Of a DNA stretch of 64,000 nt, positions 18,773-28,362 are shown one piece after another (position 1 is the first letter of the stretch; each line of letters opens with the position of its first letter). The stretch covers positions 3,200,001-3,264,000 of the forward strand of contig CAWELD010000003.1 in NCBI GenBank assembly GCA_963809895.1. Reading direction: 5' to 3'. Source of the stretch: an uncultured Gemmatimonadales bacterium (GTDB taxonomy: Bacteria; Gemmatimonadota; Gemmatimonadetes; Longimicrobiales; Gaopeijiaceae). The notes beneath the pieces are model-generated. The model saw only the letters and a list, made by a program, of their open reading frames with translations. It had not been told where the DNA came from and did not search any database. The translations under genes were made by a program, and so were the position numbers.

Positions 18773-20338
18773 GTGGTGCTTGAGCCCTTGCTAATTCCAA
18801 ACGTATCTTTGGAACCCCTTCGCGTTCTGTCAACATACGAGGGGGGCTTTGGTCGGGTTTACATCGTGGAGGCAAGCGACGGAGAGCGTTATGCCCTCAA
18901 GACACTGAAATGGGAGCTTGGCCAAGACCGTGCCACCCTACGCGACGAAGCAAGCAAGCTCGCCGACGTCACGAATCATGCAAATGTCGTCGAGATCATT
19001 GGTGTCTTCTGGCATCGAGACGATCCCTTCATCGGTATGCCATACTATCCCGCGACACTTCGCACCTACTTCTCCCAAGCCCACCTCTCCCTCGACCGCC
19101 TGACTAGTGCCATTGCCGATGTTGCCCGAGGTCTCGCTCATCTCCATGACCTTGGCGTGCTACACTTGGATCTCAAACCTGAGAACGTTCTTGCGTCTGC
19201 AGACGGCCACTTGGCCATTTCGGACTTCGGCTTATCTGCCGCCCTACCGCCGGTTACAGCCTCCAGCAAACATCGGCAGCTCTTCATGTCTGGTGTCACT
19301 GGCACCTTGGCGTATATGAGTCCCGAACACTTCGTCACGAGGCGTCTTAGCGCGAAGTCCGACGTCTTCGCACTTGGCACCATGATGTTTGAGGGGCTGA
19401 CGGGTCGTCATCCATTCCTTGCCGGATCACCAGAGGAAACGGTGCAGCATATCCTTCTGGTGAACCCGGCCTTTCAGCTTGCCGAGCGGCTTCGGCTGCC
19501 TGGGGTCTTGCGGGAACTTTGCCTGGCCTGCCTATCTAAGGCTCCGGAGCAGCGTCCGACCGCTCGCGAGGTGGCAACCTGTCTCCAAGGAAGGACCGGC
19601 CTTCCCACAGGGGCCAAGACACAAGACGTGGACCCATCTCGTCTGGTGAACAAGGCCAGCACGCTTCGCGCTGTGGGCAGGGTGGACGAGGCGCGCCAGA
19701 TACTTGAGGACTGTCTTCGCCACCACCCGTGGTATCTTTCGGCGCTCATCGGCCTTGCTTACACCCACTGGGACCAACACAACATACCGGAGGCGGCAGC
19801 AGTACTTGAGACTGCCCTTGAAGCCGAGGAGTGGATTGGGACCCCCGAGGAGATGGGAAACCTGCTCACCAATCTATCGTTCTACTATCTCAGTAGTGAT
19901 CCGGAGAGCAGCATACGTTTTGCCCGGCATGCCGCGGCCATCAATGAGAATGATTGGCAGGCGCTCGGCAATCTAGCCGAGGCATGCCGCCTCCTTGGCT
20001 CCCGTCGTCAGGGTTTGTTGGAGGAGGGACTGGATGTCTGTCGTCGCGCGATGAAGATCAACCCTGATGACTTGAAGCTGAAGGTGACTTACGGAGGTCT
20101 GCTGCTGGAGGCCAGTAATGCTGTCGAACTGTGGCCATTTGTTACGTCTCTGATCAACACTCATGGTGCTGATGACGTGCCGCTCCGCTTCTTGCTAATC
20201 GCTACCTTGGCATTCTACCGCAAGTTCGAAGACGCCGAACGGTGGCTGGCGCCTATGCGTCAGTACTCCAACCTACAACCGGTAGTGCAGGCAGCAGAGG
20301 AGGAGATCGCTCGGCGAAAGGGGGATGGACGCGTGTGA
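18773..20338 (+). CDS. Ser/Thr protein kinase with C-terminal TPR repeats (cassette)
   Basis: GGFGRVY, ALK, HLDLKPENV, DFG, GTLAYMSPE and SDVFALG; helical TPR-like tail. Confidence 0.9.
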   Translation: MVLEPLLIPNVSLEPLRVLSTYEGGFGRVYIVEASDGERYALKTLKWELGQDRATLRDEASKLADVTNHANVVEIIGVFWHRDDPFIGMPYYPATLRTYFSQAHLSLDRLTSAIADVARGLAHLHDLGVLHLDLKPENVLASADGHLAISDFGLSAALPPVTASSKHRQLFMSGVTGTLAYMSPEHFVTRRLSAKSDVFALGTMMFEGLTGRHPFLAGSPEETVQHILLVNPAFQLAERLRLPGVLRELCLACLSKAPEQRPTAREVATCLQGRTGLPTGAKTQDVDPSRLVNKASTLRAVGRVDEARQILEDCLRHHPWYLSALIGLAYTHWDQHNIPEAAAVLETALEAEEWIGTPEEMGNLLTNLSFYYLSSDPESSIRFARHAAAINENDWQALGNLAEACRLLGSRRQGLLEEGLDVCRRAMKINPDDLKLKVTYGGLLLEASNAVELWPFVTSLINTHGADDVPLRFLLIATLAFYRKFEDAERWLAPMRQYSNLQPVVQAAEEEIARRKGDGRV

Positions 20339-20409
20339 TGTCGATATCATCCGAGCGCAAGGCGGTGTCGCGATCATCATGCTAACGCCGACCAGGCACT
20401 GAACACTAC

Positions 20410-20567
20410 GCCTAACAAATGCGTTGCGCCTACGCCGCGCAAGCGCGGCTCCGGAGAACACCGGCGCAGCGGGGCTGGTGGCCCGCAGGAAGCGGACGGA
20501 GTGATCGCCTGGAGCGCACCGTTCGCAGGTTGTGATGCGCCGACGTCGCAACTCTTGAACGTTAAGT
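20410..20567 (+). repeat. attC-like site, distinct family (158 bp)
   Basis: GCCTAAC...GTTGCG...CGCAAC-tcttgaac-GTTAAGT. Confidence 0.75.
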
Positions 20568-20655
20568 GTCATGCCGCGGCTGGCCGAACAAACGCCGAAA
20601 GGCTATCTTTCCCAAACAGAACGTAACCGTCCCCACTTCCGTCGAGAGGATCGAA

Positions 20656-21447
20656 TTGGCTGATCGGAGCGACATCGAGTGGACCGACGCTACGTGGAAC
20701 CCTACGACGGGTTGCACAAAGGTCTCACGCGGGTGTGACAACTGCTACGCCGAGGCCTTGGCACATCGCCTTCTTTCTGACACCTATCGTCGTCGACTCC
20801 CGGTAGTCCAGTCCCCTGAGAATCTGGCTGATCCGTTTGCAGTTCGGGTCTGGCCAGACCGTCTAGGAATTCCCCGGTCGTGGAAGGCGCCGCGGCGGGT
20901 GTTCGTGAATTCCATGTCAGATCTGTTCCACGCAGACGTGCCGGAACTCTTCGTTAGGCGGTGCTTCGAGGCGATGCTCGAAGCGGACTGGCATGAGTAC
21001 CAGATCCTGACAAAGAGGCCGTCGCGGGCTGCCAGATTCGTCGCTCGCAACTCTGATCTCTTCGAGCAGAACGGACTTCCAGCCCATATCTGGATCGGAA
21101 CGTCGGTGGAGGATCAGGCCGTTTCCCATCGCATCCGACACCTCCTCGCGGTGCCGGCAGCCGTACGATTCCTCAGTTGTGAGCCGCTTATCGGGGCTCT
21201 GTCCATTGCTGGCGATCTGGAGGAGCCGGACCCTGGAGTCCACTGGGTTATCGCGGGTGGCGAGAGCGGTGTCGGGGCGCGTCCAATGGAGCTGAGTTGG
21301 GCCCGCCGCCTCCGAGATGAGTGTGACGCGCTAGGGATCCCGTTTTTCTTCAAGCAGTGGGGAGGTAGGACCCCCAAGGCCGGAGGACGGGAACTCGATG
21401 GACGAACGTGGGACGAGTATCCCGAGAGTCGGCTTGCGTCGAAGTAG
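20656..21447 (+). CDS. DUF5131 / phage Gp37-Gp68 family radical-SAM-like protein
   Basis: IEWTDATWNPTTGCTKVSRGCDNCYA, FVNSMSDLFH, WVIAGGESG and FFFKQWGG; TTG start after GAGAGG. Confidence 0.9.
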   Translation: MADRSDIEWTDATWNPTTGCTKVSRGCDNCYAEALAHRLLSDTYRRRLPVVQSPENLADPFAVRVWPDRLGIPRSWKAPRRVFVNSMSDLFHADVPELFVRRCFEAMLEADWHEYQILTKRPSRAARFVARNSDLFEQNGLPAHIWIGTSVEDQAVSHRIRHLLAVPAAVRFLSCEPLIGALSIAGDLEEPDPGVHWVIAGGESGVGARPMELSWARRLRDECDALGIPFFFKQWGGRTPKAGGRELDGRTWDEYPESRLASK

Positions 21448-21454
21448 ATCAATC

Positions 21455-22548
21455 ATGGCGCAAGACGATGGAACGCTCTGGCCGCGGGGACCTCACACGG
21501 AGGGGAAGCACCTGGTCCTGAAGAACTACCTCGACGCATGGCTGCCAATCCTCGGTAGTTGGAACGGCCGCATCCTCTTCGTCGACGGGTTCGCGGGACC
21601 GGGCGAATACGAAGACGGAGAGGACGGATCTCCGATAATCGCTCTAAAGGCCTTCATCGACCATGCGCACAAGAGGGTCATTCGCGGCGAAGTGGCGTTC
21701 TTCTTTGTCGAGGAGGATGAGGCGCGTGCCACTCATCTCCGTGGGCGTGTGGAAGCGCTCAAGCCCGACCTGCCAGAAAACGCCAGGATTGAGATCCGCA
21801 CGGATCGATTCGAAGAGTCGATGAACGCGGTGCTGGACGAGATCGAAGATCGGGGTAAGAGACTCGCCCCATCGTTGGTGATGGCCGATCCTTTCGGTGT
21901 GTCGGGCACGCCGATGAGCGTGATGGAGCGCATTCTCGGGTATCCGACCTGCGAGCTTTACATCTCGTTCATGTACGAGAGCATCAATCGCTTCCTTGGC
22001 ACCGAGGAATTTGCTCCCCACCTCGATGGTCTCTTCGGCACAGATGAGTGGAGAGCCGGACTCGATTTGGCTGGTGAGGAAAGAAAACGGCTCCTGTACG
22101 CGCTTTACGCGCGCCGCCTTAAGGACATCGGAGCCGAGCATGTGGTGCACTTCGACTTGTATGAGGGCAATCGGCTGGTGTATGCCATCTTCTTCGCGAC
22201 GCGGCACTTGAAGGGGTGCGACCTGATGAAGAAGGCGATCTGGAAGGTCGCACCGTCTGGGGACTTCGCGTTTCGCGGTGCCAGGAATGATCAGCTGGTG
22301 CTTGGAGTCGACAACCCGGATTTTTCCCGCTGAGGGCGCTACTCGCGGAGCGGTTCCGCGGGCAGGAATGGGTGGAGATCGACGACGTCCTCGAGTTCAT
22401 GGCGTCTGACGAGGTGGAGTATCACACGGGCCACCTGAAGAAGCAGGTTCTGAAGCCAATGGAGATCGAAGGTCAGATCGAAGTGGACGAGTCGAGTCGT
22501 AATCGCAAGAAGACCTACCCGAGCGGAAGCCGGATCCGCTTCATTTAG
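21455..22548 (+). CDS. tcmP: three-Cys-motif partner protein TcmP, frameshifted near 22321-22330
   Basis: HTEGKHLVLKNYL..W, FVDGFAGPG and DPFG; the C-terminal domain continues in another frame after TTTTTCCC to TAG 22548. Confidence 0.8.
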
Positions 22549-22586
22549 GCATTGAGTCAGGCCACCGTGCGGAACGAAGGCACGAC

Positions 22587-22682
22587 ACTTAACTCAAGGT
22601 TGCCGCCTCCGTTCGCCTTCGCTCACTTCGGTGAATCACGGCGCCTCCTGGGCGCCGCGCCGGCAACCCCGACACGTTAACC
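22587..22682 (+). repeat. attC-like site, family C (96 bp)
   Basis: ACTTAAC-tcaa-GGTTGCCG...CGGCAACC-ccgacac-GTTAACC. Confidence 0.85.
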
Positions 22683-22745
22683 GACATGGCTCAAGGCCTG
22701 CAACCTGAAAGGAGGCAGTGGCATGCGACACGCAAAGGCCTTCCG

Positions 22746-23765
22746 ATGACCGCGAAATCTAAGGGGCTGGATGAGAGTGGCTTCCAGAACTTGGGGATCA
22801 TCTACTCGTTATTGTTTTTTCTCTTGGGGATCGCCCTCCTCGTGGGAAGCACGTATGTGACACATGAGCTCGTGTCGCATCTGTTGAGGGATATGGGGCT
22901 CGCGGCGTTAGTCGGCCTCTATCTCATGTGGACACTCGAGAGACTGAACAAACGCCGAGTACAGGCCGAGGTGCAGGAGTATATCGAAAGCGTCGGGGAA
23001 AACTTTATAAGTACCGTCTATGGGCGCTTCCTGCCGCCCGCTCTGTTCGACGTGATCCGCCGTTCCCTGTTCGACCAGAGCTTCTTAAGGACGGTATATA
23101 GCATTGACCTCTCTCTACAGAACCTCACATCAGCCGCGATCGATTCTGCGTCAGGCCCGGTGCGAGACATGCTAAGCGCATTCGTCGCGAGAGCTGACGC
23201 TGAAAGCTTGGATCGCCAGGACCTCATAGTCTTGCAGATGACCCTGTATTACGAGGTCCGGAACGTCGCCGCGGCAGCAGATGACTACGCTGTACGGTTG
23301 GAGATTCCGAAACCCTTCGGCAGAGAATACGAGGGTCTGGCCGGCATAACATCGGTGAGTATAGACGGACGGGAGATGATCAGTGAAGCGCCGTACTGGG
23401 GTGAGGAGTCCGAAGGACGCAACCCGAATATGGTCTTTTTCTCGGAGGGCGTGAGAATGAAGCCCGATCAGACGATCCGGGTGACACTTGAAGCATACTC
23501 TGTCCGGCGAATGGATGACTGGGAGCCGTGGCAGACCATGGTCCCTTCGCACGGCATGACGGTGAGAGCAAGGGATCTCGATGGTGACAAGGACATCACG
23601 TTAAGCTTGGACGCGCCCCTGTTGGAAGGAGAGGCGACATACGCGGACAAGGACCAACGGACCAACCGGGCAGTGTTGATGGTTTCCCAGTACTTGCTAC
23701 CGTTTCAGGGGGTGACGATTAGTTGGAGGAGACGGCGGGACGCGAAGGAGGATGGGGTGGAGTAG
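22746..23765 (+). CDS. hypothetical protein with two N-terminal TM helices (cassette)
   Basis: Long ORF filling the cassette. Confidence 0.7.
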   Translation: MTAKSKGLDESGFQNLGIIYSLLFFLLGIALLVGSTYVTHELVSHLLRDMGLAALVGLYLMWTLERLNKRRVQAEVQEYIESVGENFISTVYGRFLPPALFDVIRRSLFDQSFLRTVYSIDLSLQNLTSAAIDSASGPVRDMLSAFVARADAESLDRQDLIVLQMTLYYEVRNVAAAADDYAVRLEIPKPFGREYEGLAGITSVSIDGREMISEAPYWGEESEGRNPNMVFFSEGVRMKPDQTIRVTLEAYSVRRMDDWEPWQTMVPSHGMTVRARDLDGDKDITLSLDAPLLEGEATYADKDQRTNRAVLMVSQYLLPFQGVTISWRRRRDAKEDGVE

Positions 23766-23824
23766 TAGTGGGGGGACCTTGGGCGGGGGTGTGAGAGCGT
23801 GGAAGTGGTGAGCTGCGCCACGTC

Positions 23825-23842
23825 GGTTAAAAGGAGTTAAGT
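23825..23842 (+). repeat. minimal 18-bp cassette boundary site
   Basis: GGTTAAA-AGGA-GTTAAGT; left arm GTCGGTTAA complements the cassette start TTAACCGAC; right arm complements CACTTAAC at 26240. Confidence 0.75.
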
Positions 23843-23910
23843 GCCACTGCCATTGGAACGGTCTCCGTACGGGGCTCACTGGAAACCTAGAGCTGGAAGA
23901 GGGTGCGGCG

Positions 23911-25653
23911 ATGCGAATCGAGAGCGTTGAGATCGAGGGATTTAGGTCGTTCGGGCTCGACCCTGTCTTGATCCGCTTCCCGGAGATTGACGTGCCGATA
24001 TCAGTCATCGGGCACAACAACTCGGGGAAGAGCAACTTCCTCGCCGCGCTGCTGCACGGCACCGCCACGCGGCCGTCCTACCCGAACAACTTCAGTCTGG
24101 ATGACCTTTTTGGACGGGATGAAGGGACGATCTGCAACATCGACGTGCGGATCTCGCCACCCCTACTGAGTGCGAATGCCTTCAACAACGTGACCGAGAT
24201 GCCTTCGCTTCGGCTTCGGATACAATGCGAGGCGGGCGTGATCGAAACGTCCCATTACTGCTTCGATCCTGACGGGAAGCAGGTCTACAACGTTCGGTCG
24301 GTCAAGCGAAGTAAGAGCAAGGTCTATTCGGAGGACGAAAAGGAGACGCTGACGACGTACGCGCGCACCGGCGCGGAGCAGGTGCACAAATGGCGCTCCA
24401 AGATCCCCATCTACTACATCGGTCCGGAGACGCTGTATAAGGAGCTGACTCCGTCCCGGTTCAGTCTGCTGGGGAAGGTGATCGACTCGTTCCGGGCCGA
24501 GTTTGAGGACCCGGAGAGCACGATGGAGGCGGCGGACGGCGTGGTGGACTCCCACATCGGGCGACCGCGTGCCGAGATCTACGAACAGGCGATGCGATAC
24601 ATCGAGGAGCACGTTCTCCCGGCATCTGGCTTTCGGGCTTTCGTAGATGAAGTTGAGGCGATCGTCCGGGAGCAACTCGCCGTAGACGAGGAGTCGTTCG
24701 GGGTTCGATTCAGACCACCAGTTGCGGACGCGTTCTTCAAGAACCTTCGGTTTCACATCAGGGAGAATGAGCATCGACCGTTGCTCCCGATCGACCGGAT
24801 GGGGTCCGGCTTCGTCTCTCTGTTTGTGGTGGCCCTACTGCGAGCCCTCGTCGACACCGACGAGGGTGGAAAGATCTTCTTGCTCGAAGAGCCCGAGACC
24901 TATCTCCACGAGCACTACCAGGACTACTTCTACGAAGTGCTGTGCGAGCTCGCTGAGTCAAACCAGGTGGTCTACACGACTCACTCGAAGAAATTCGTGA
25001 ACGTCTTCCGGCCGGAGTCCATCATTCGACTTAGCGCGACTCCCGACGGGACTGTCCCCGTGACGGCGGGGGGCGGGGCCGTAGACTTCCCGGACGGCGT
25101 TGACGGCTACGAGCTGAAGAGCCCCGAGGACTTCCCGAAGTTTCTTTGTACCCTGGAGCCGAATCTCGGGAACACAGTGTTCGCTTCACGCGTCGTTGTG
25201 GTAGAGGGCCCGCACGACCTCTTGGCCTACCGAACCGCCCTCGACGGATCCGTCGAATGGGGACTTCGGAACACCGCGGTGGTCAGTGCGTGGGGTAAGG
25301 ACACCGTCGCGGCGCTAGTTGAACTCTGCCACGCCTTCGAAGTACCTGTCTTCGCGATCCACGACCGAGATCTTCCGCAAGAGATCAGTGACGACGATCC
25401 GGTTGATTCCCTGACTCCCGGTCAGAAAGCCCAGCGGACCAAGAATGCACGGATCGCGGGCTTGTCGGGACCCAATCACGTCCACCAGAATCGACCGAAT
25501 CTCGAGGGCGTCCTGGGGATCCCACCGGAGGAGAAGTCCGCCGAAGCCGTCTTCGGCGCGTTAGCTGGGAAGGATCTCCACGAGGTTCGGACCGAGTTCC
25601 CTGGGCTGATTCCCGACGCTCTCCTCGAGTTTCTTCAAGTACCGACCGATTAG
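23911..25653 (+). CDS. OLD-family ATP-dependent endonuclease (AAA plus TOPRIM)
   Basis: IEGFRSF, GHNNSGKSN, MGSG, LLEEPETYLH, TTHS, VVVEGPHD and IHDRD. Confidence 0.9.
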   Translation: MRIESVEIEGFRSFGLDPVLIRFPEIDVPISVIGHNNSGKSNFLAALLHGTATRPSYPNNFSLDDLFGRDEGTICNIDVRISPPLLSANAFNNVTEMPSLRLRIQCEAGVIETSHYCFDPDGKQVYNVRSVKRSKSKVYSEDEKETLTTYARTGAEQVHKWRSKIPIYYIGPETLYKELTPSRFSLLGKVIDSFRAEFEDPESTMEAADGVVDSHIGRPRAEIYEQAMRYIEEHVLPASGFRAFVDEVEAIVREQLAVDEESFGVRFRPPVADAFFKNLRFHIRENEHRPLLPIDRMGSGFVSLFVVALLRALVDTDEGGKIFLLEEPETYLHEHYQDYFYEVLCELAESNQVVYTTHSKKFVNVFRPESIIRLSATPDGTVPVTAGGGAVDFPDGVDGYELKSPEDFPKFLCTLEPNLGNTVFASRVVVVEGPHDLLAYRTALDGSVEWGLRNTAVVSAWGKDTVAALVELCHAFEVPVFAIHDRDLPQEISDDDPVDSLTPGQKAQRTKNARIAGLSGPNHVHQNRPNLEGVLGIPPEEKSAEAVFGALAGKDLHEVRTEFPGLIPDALLEFLQVPTD

Positions 25654-25686
25654 GGTGTGCTCGCGTGCGCCCGAGAGGCGATTCAT

Positions 25687-26232
25687 ATGAGGATTAGGTC
25701 CCTCAAAGGCCTTCTCGCGAAGTACGATGCGGCCCCAGGACGGGTGCGTGCCTACTTCCCTCACTTCAAGCAACTCGCTGAAGACTTCCCGTATGACGTA
25801 GTCCTTGCCTACGTGTTTGGTCAGGTCGAGCTAGCGCAGAACATGACGCTGTATTGTGGGATCGTGAAGCTGCATCGCGCCGATGCGAGCTTGGCTCGAA
25901 AGGTGGTCGACTCCCACCACATGACCCGACCGGGGTTCAGGGAGAAGGTCAAGGTGGTTTACGGCACGCCAATCCCCGCCGATATCACCGCGAAACTCGA
26001 CAGGGCCGAGAAGACGCGAGACAAAGTGATGCACGGGAAGGCCTGTACGGACGCTGAGAAGCGGAACGCGTTGGGCTACGTTCTAGAGTATGCCGAGGAC
26101 TTGAATGCCCACCTAGAGGAGTTGGCCGGCATTCAGCCGTTCGGGGACCTTCGTGGCTTCAAGGGACGAGCCAAGAGTCTCGATAAGAAAACGACCAGGT
26201 GGATCCTGAAGGGTATGGGTTTCGGCGCATGA
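25687..26232 (+). CDS. hypothetical protein with a HEPN-like R-x4-H motif
   Basis: TRDKVMHG; helical; same cassette as the OLD gene. Confidence 0.65.
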   Translation: MRIRSLKGLLAKYDAAPGRVRAYFPHFKQLAEDFPYDVVLAYVFGQVELAQNMTLYCGIVKLHRADASLARKVVDSHHMTRPGFREKVKVVYGTPIPADITAKLDRAEKTRDKVMHGKACTDAEKRNALGYVLEYAEDLNAHLEELAGIQPFGDLRGFKGRAKSLDKKTTRWILKGMGFGA

Positions 26233-26240
26233 GCAGCGTC

Positions 26241-26399
26241 ACTTAACTGAGTGTTGCCGCCTTCGTTCGCTTCGCTCACTTCGGTGAATCACGGCCCCGA
26301 ACTCTTCTGGCTGTTGGAGCAGTAGCTGGAGCGTGAGCTGACCGGTGTGCCAGGCCGGCTCGGTTTTCGGGCCGCGCCGGCAACACAATCACGTTATAT
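26241..26399 (+). repeat. attC-like site, family C long form (159 bp)
   Basis: ACTTAAC-tga-GTGTTGCCG...CGGCAACAC-aatcac-GTTATAT. Confidence 0.85.
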
Positions 26400-26482
26400 G
26401 AAACTCGGAACGAGCATGTGGAGGGGACGGACCTGAGGGTGTATACTCTGGTGAACCTCATGTTGTCCGGGAGGGCTGAGCC

Positions 26483-26713
26483 ATGAACGACGAGTCTACA
26501 AAGGATGAGGTGGTCGAGGAGTTGAACCGATTGGCCGAAGCCGATCGGCGTCGGGTCCTGGACTACGCTCGTTCACTCGGCCGCCGCGTTTCGAAGGGCG
26601 TGGCCGGCGACTCACTTCTGTCGCTGGCTGGGTCGTTACCAGAGGCGGAGGCATCGGCCATGGAGGCGGCCATTGAGGATGGGTGTGAGCGGGTGAACCT
26701 CGGTGCCTGGTAG
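26483..26713 (+). CDS. putative VapB-like antitoxin
   Basis: 76 aa, overlaps the downstream PIN gene; duplicated at 34718. Confidence 0.7.
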   Translation: MNDESTKDEVVEELNRLAEADRRRVLDYARSLGRRVSKGVAGDSLLSLAGSLPEAEASAMEAAIEDGCERVNLGAW

Positions 26714-27221
26714 GGCACTTCTCGATACGAGTGCCGTCGTCGGGCTCCTGCGCGGCGACAAGTCTGCAGTGAAGAAGGTCGGATCTCTGGACGAGGCATT
26801 CACGAGCATCGTGGTGATCGGCGAACTCCTTTACGGAGCTCGCCTCTCGACGGGTGCAGAAACGAACCTGGCGCTGGTTGCCTCGTTTGCGTCGTCGATC
26901 ACCGTCCTCGTTGCCAAGGAACTGGACGTGTCTCTATCGAAGGTGCCGGAACTTAGGGCAAGGTTCGAGCGGGCCCGCGACATTGTGGACGCGGCAACCC
27001 CCGCAGACGCCTTCCGGAGAGGTGTCCGCTATTCGATCCAGGACGCCCTCGAGGAAGGTCTGGGGTCCCCCGAGGCGATCGAACGCCTGGTCGTACAGAT
27101 TTGCTACAGGGCTGCCGATCTGAGTGTGTTGTTGGACTCGGAGGGGAGTGCGTTGTCCGACTACTCCGCCGAGCTCCGTGTCGAATCGGATGTCTCAGGT
27201 CTTGGCGGCGAGGGTATGTAA
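26703..27221 (+). pseudogene. VapC/PIN toxin N-terminus fused in frame to an unrelated gene fragment
   Basis: LLDTS...IVVIGELLYG; diverges from the 34938 copy at 26910/26911. Confidence 0.7.
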
Positions 27222-27252
27222 TGGCGGGCTGAGCCTTGGGGCGGGCCAACAG

Positions 27253-27272
27253 CAGATAAAAGGAGCTATCTG
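27253..27272 (+). repeat. minimal cassette boundary site (GTT mutated to GCT)
   Basis: CAGATAAA-AGGA-GCTATCTG; the duplicate cassette at 33727 begins GTTATCTG. Confidence 0.7.
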
Positions 27273-27334
27273 AAGCTGGCTTCGCAACCCGCACTCACGC
27301 GTCGCGACGGGAACTGACTGGGAGAGTCTGGCGT

Positions 27335-27358
27335 GAGTATACTAGTATCGGTATACTC
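27335..27358. promoter_or_regulatory. palindromic operator/promoter of the RelE-HTH TA cassette
   Basis: GAGTATAC-N8-GTATACTC containing TATACT, immediately upstream of the toxin; nearly conserved in the second copy. Confidence 0.5.
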
Positions 27359-27387
27359 GTTCATGAGCAGACGCGACGCCCAAGCCG

Positions 27388-27732
27388 GTGGTCTGGCTCG
27401 GATCGGCCCGATCGGACCTACGCTCGTTCCCGGAGGAGGTCCGTACAGACGTGGGCTTCGCCCTCTGGGTGGCACAACGGGGTGGACGGCCCGCCCAGGC
27501 GAAGACGCTCAAGGGAATCGTCTCCGGTGCGGGCGTGCTCGAGCTGGTCGAGCGCCGCGACGGGGACACCTATCGAGTGGTGTACACAGTACGGTTCGCG
27601 GATGCGGTGTACGTACTCCACGCATTCCAGAAGAAGTCGAAGCGCGGAATCAAGACGCCGAAGCATGAGATCGACCTGATTCGGTCGCGGCTCAAGGCCG
27701 CGGAAGAGCACTACGGTGGGAGCGGACGATGA
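27388..27732 (+). CDS. RelE/HigB (Gp49-like) toxin, copy 1 (5' +1 indel relative to copy 2)
   Basis: WLGSARSDLRSFP...YRVVY...YVLHAFQKKS. Confidence 0.8.
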   Translation: MVWLGSARSDLRSFPEEVRTDVGFALWVAQRGGRPAQAKTLKGIVSGAGVLELVERRDGDTYRVVYTVRFADAVYVLHAFQKKSKRGIKTPKHEIDLIRSRLKAAEEHYGGSGR

Positions 27733-28058
27733 CCAAGGACCAGATTGAGGAGAGTTCGGGGAACGTATTCGCGGACCTAGGTCTCGCCGAGGCGGAAGAA
27801 CTCCATACAAAGGCTCAGCTTGCGCATCGGATCGGCGAGATCGTTCGCGGTCGCCACCTCACGCAGGCCGAGGCTGCGGACGTGCTTGGTGCGACGCAGC
27901 CGATCGTCTCGAGGCTGATGCGTGGCCAGCTGCACGGATTCTCGCTAGAGCGTCTCATGCGGTTCCTCAACGCTCTGGACCGCGACGTTGAGATCGTGGT
28001 CCGGCGCCGGCCACGGAGTCGAGATCACGGCGAGACACGGGTGAAGGTCACCGGCTGA
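27729..28058 (+). CDS. XRE/HigA-type HTH antitoxin, copy 1
   Basis: SSGNVFADLG, LTQAEAA and FSLERL. Confidence 0.85.
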   Translation: MTKDQIEESSGNVFADLGLAEAEELHTKAQLAHRIGEIVRGRHLTQAEAADVLGATQPIVSRLMRGQLHGFSLERLMRFLNALDRDVEIVVRRRPRSRDHGETRVKVTG

Positions 28059-28150
28059 CCCGCCGGGTAACGACAGTCACCCGCTTGGAGAGACGCCCGA
28101 GTTGGGTTCGTTTAAGCCGCTCTGGTTCTCCGACCAACGAAGCCATCAAC

Positions 28151-28314
28151 AGATAACTCCAGGCTCCCGGCTCCGCACCGCTGAACGCGGCGCTCCGTCC
28201 CAACTGGCCTCGGCCGTCTCGGAAGGGGGTTTCGCATCGGCTGCGAAGGGACGTATGCTGGCCGCATGAAGCCGTGCTAACGGGGGCCAGTTCGGAAGCC
28301 CCTTCACGTTAGAC
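28151..28314 (+). repeat. attC-like site, family A variant
   Basis: AGATAAC...GGCTCCCG...CGGAAGCC-ccttcac-GTTAGAC; similar to the site at 18095. Confidence 0.85.
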
Positions 28315-28362
28315 GGAATGGCATCGTCAACGAGTGGACCATCTGGCTTGGAAGCGGAGTCT

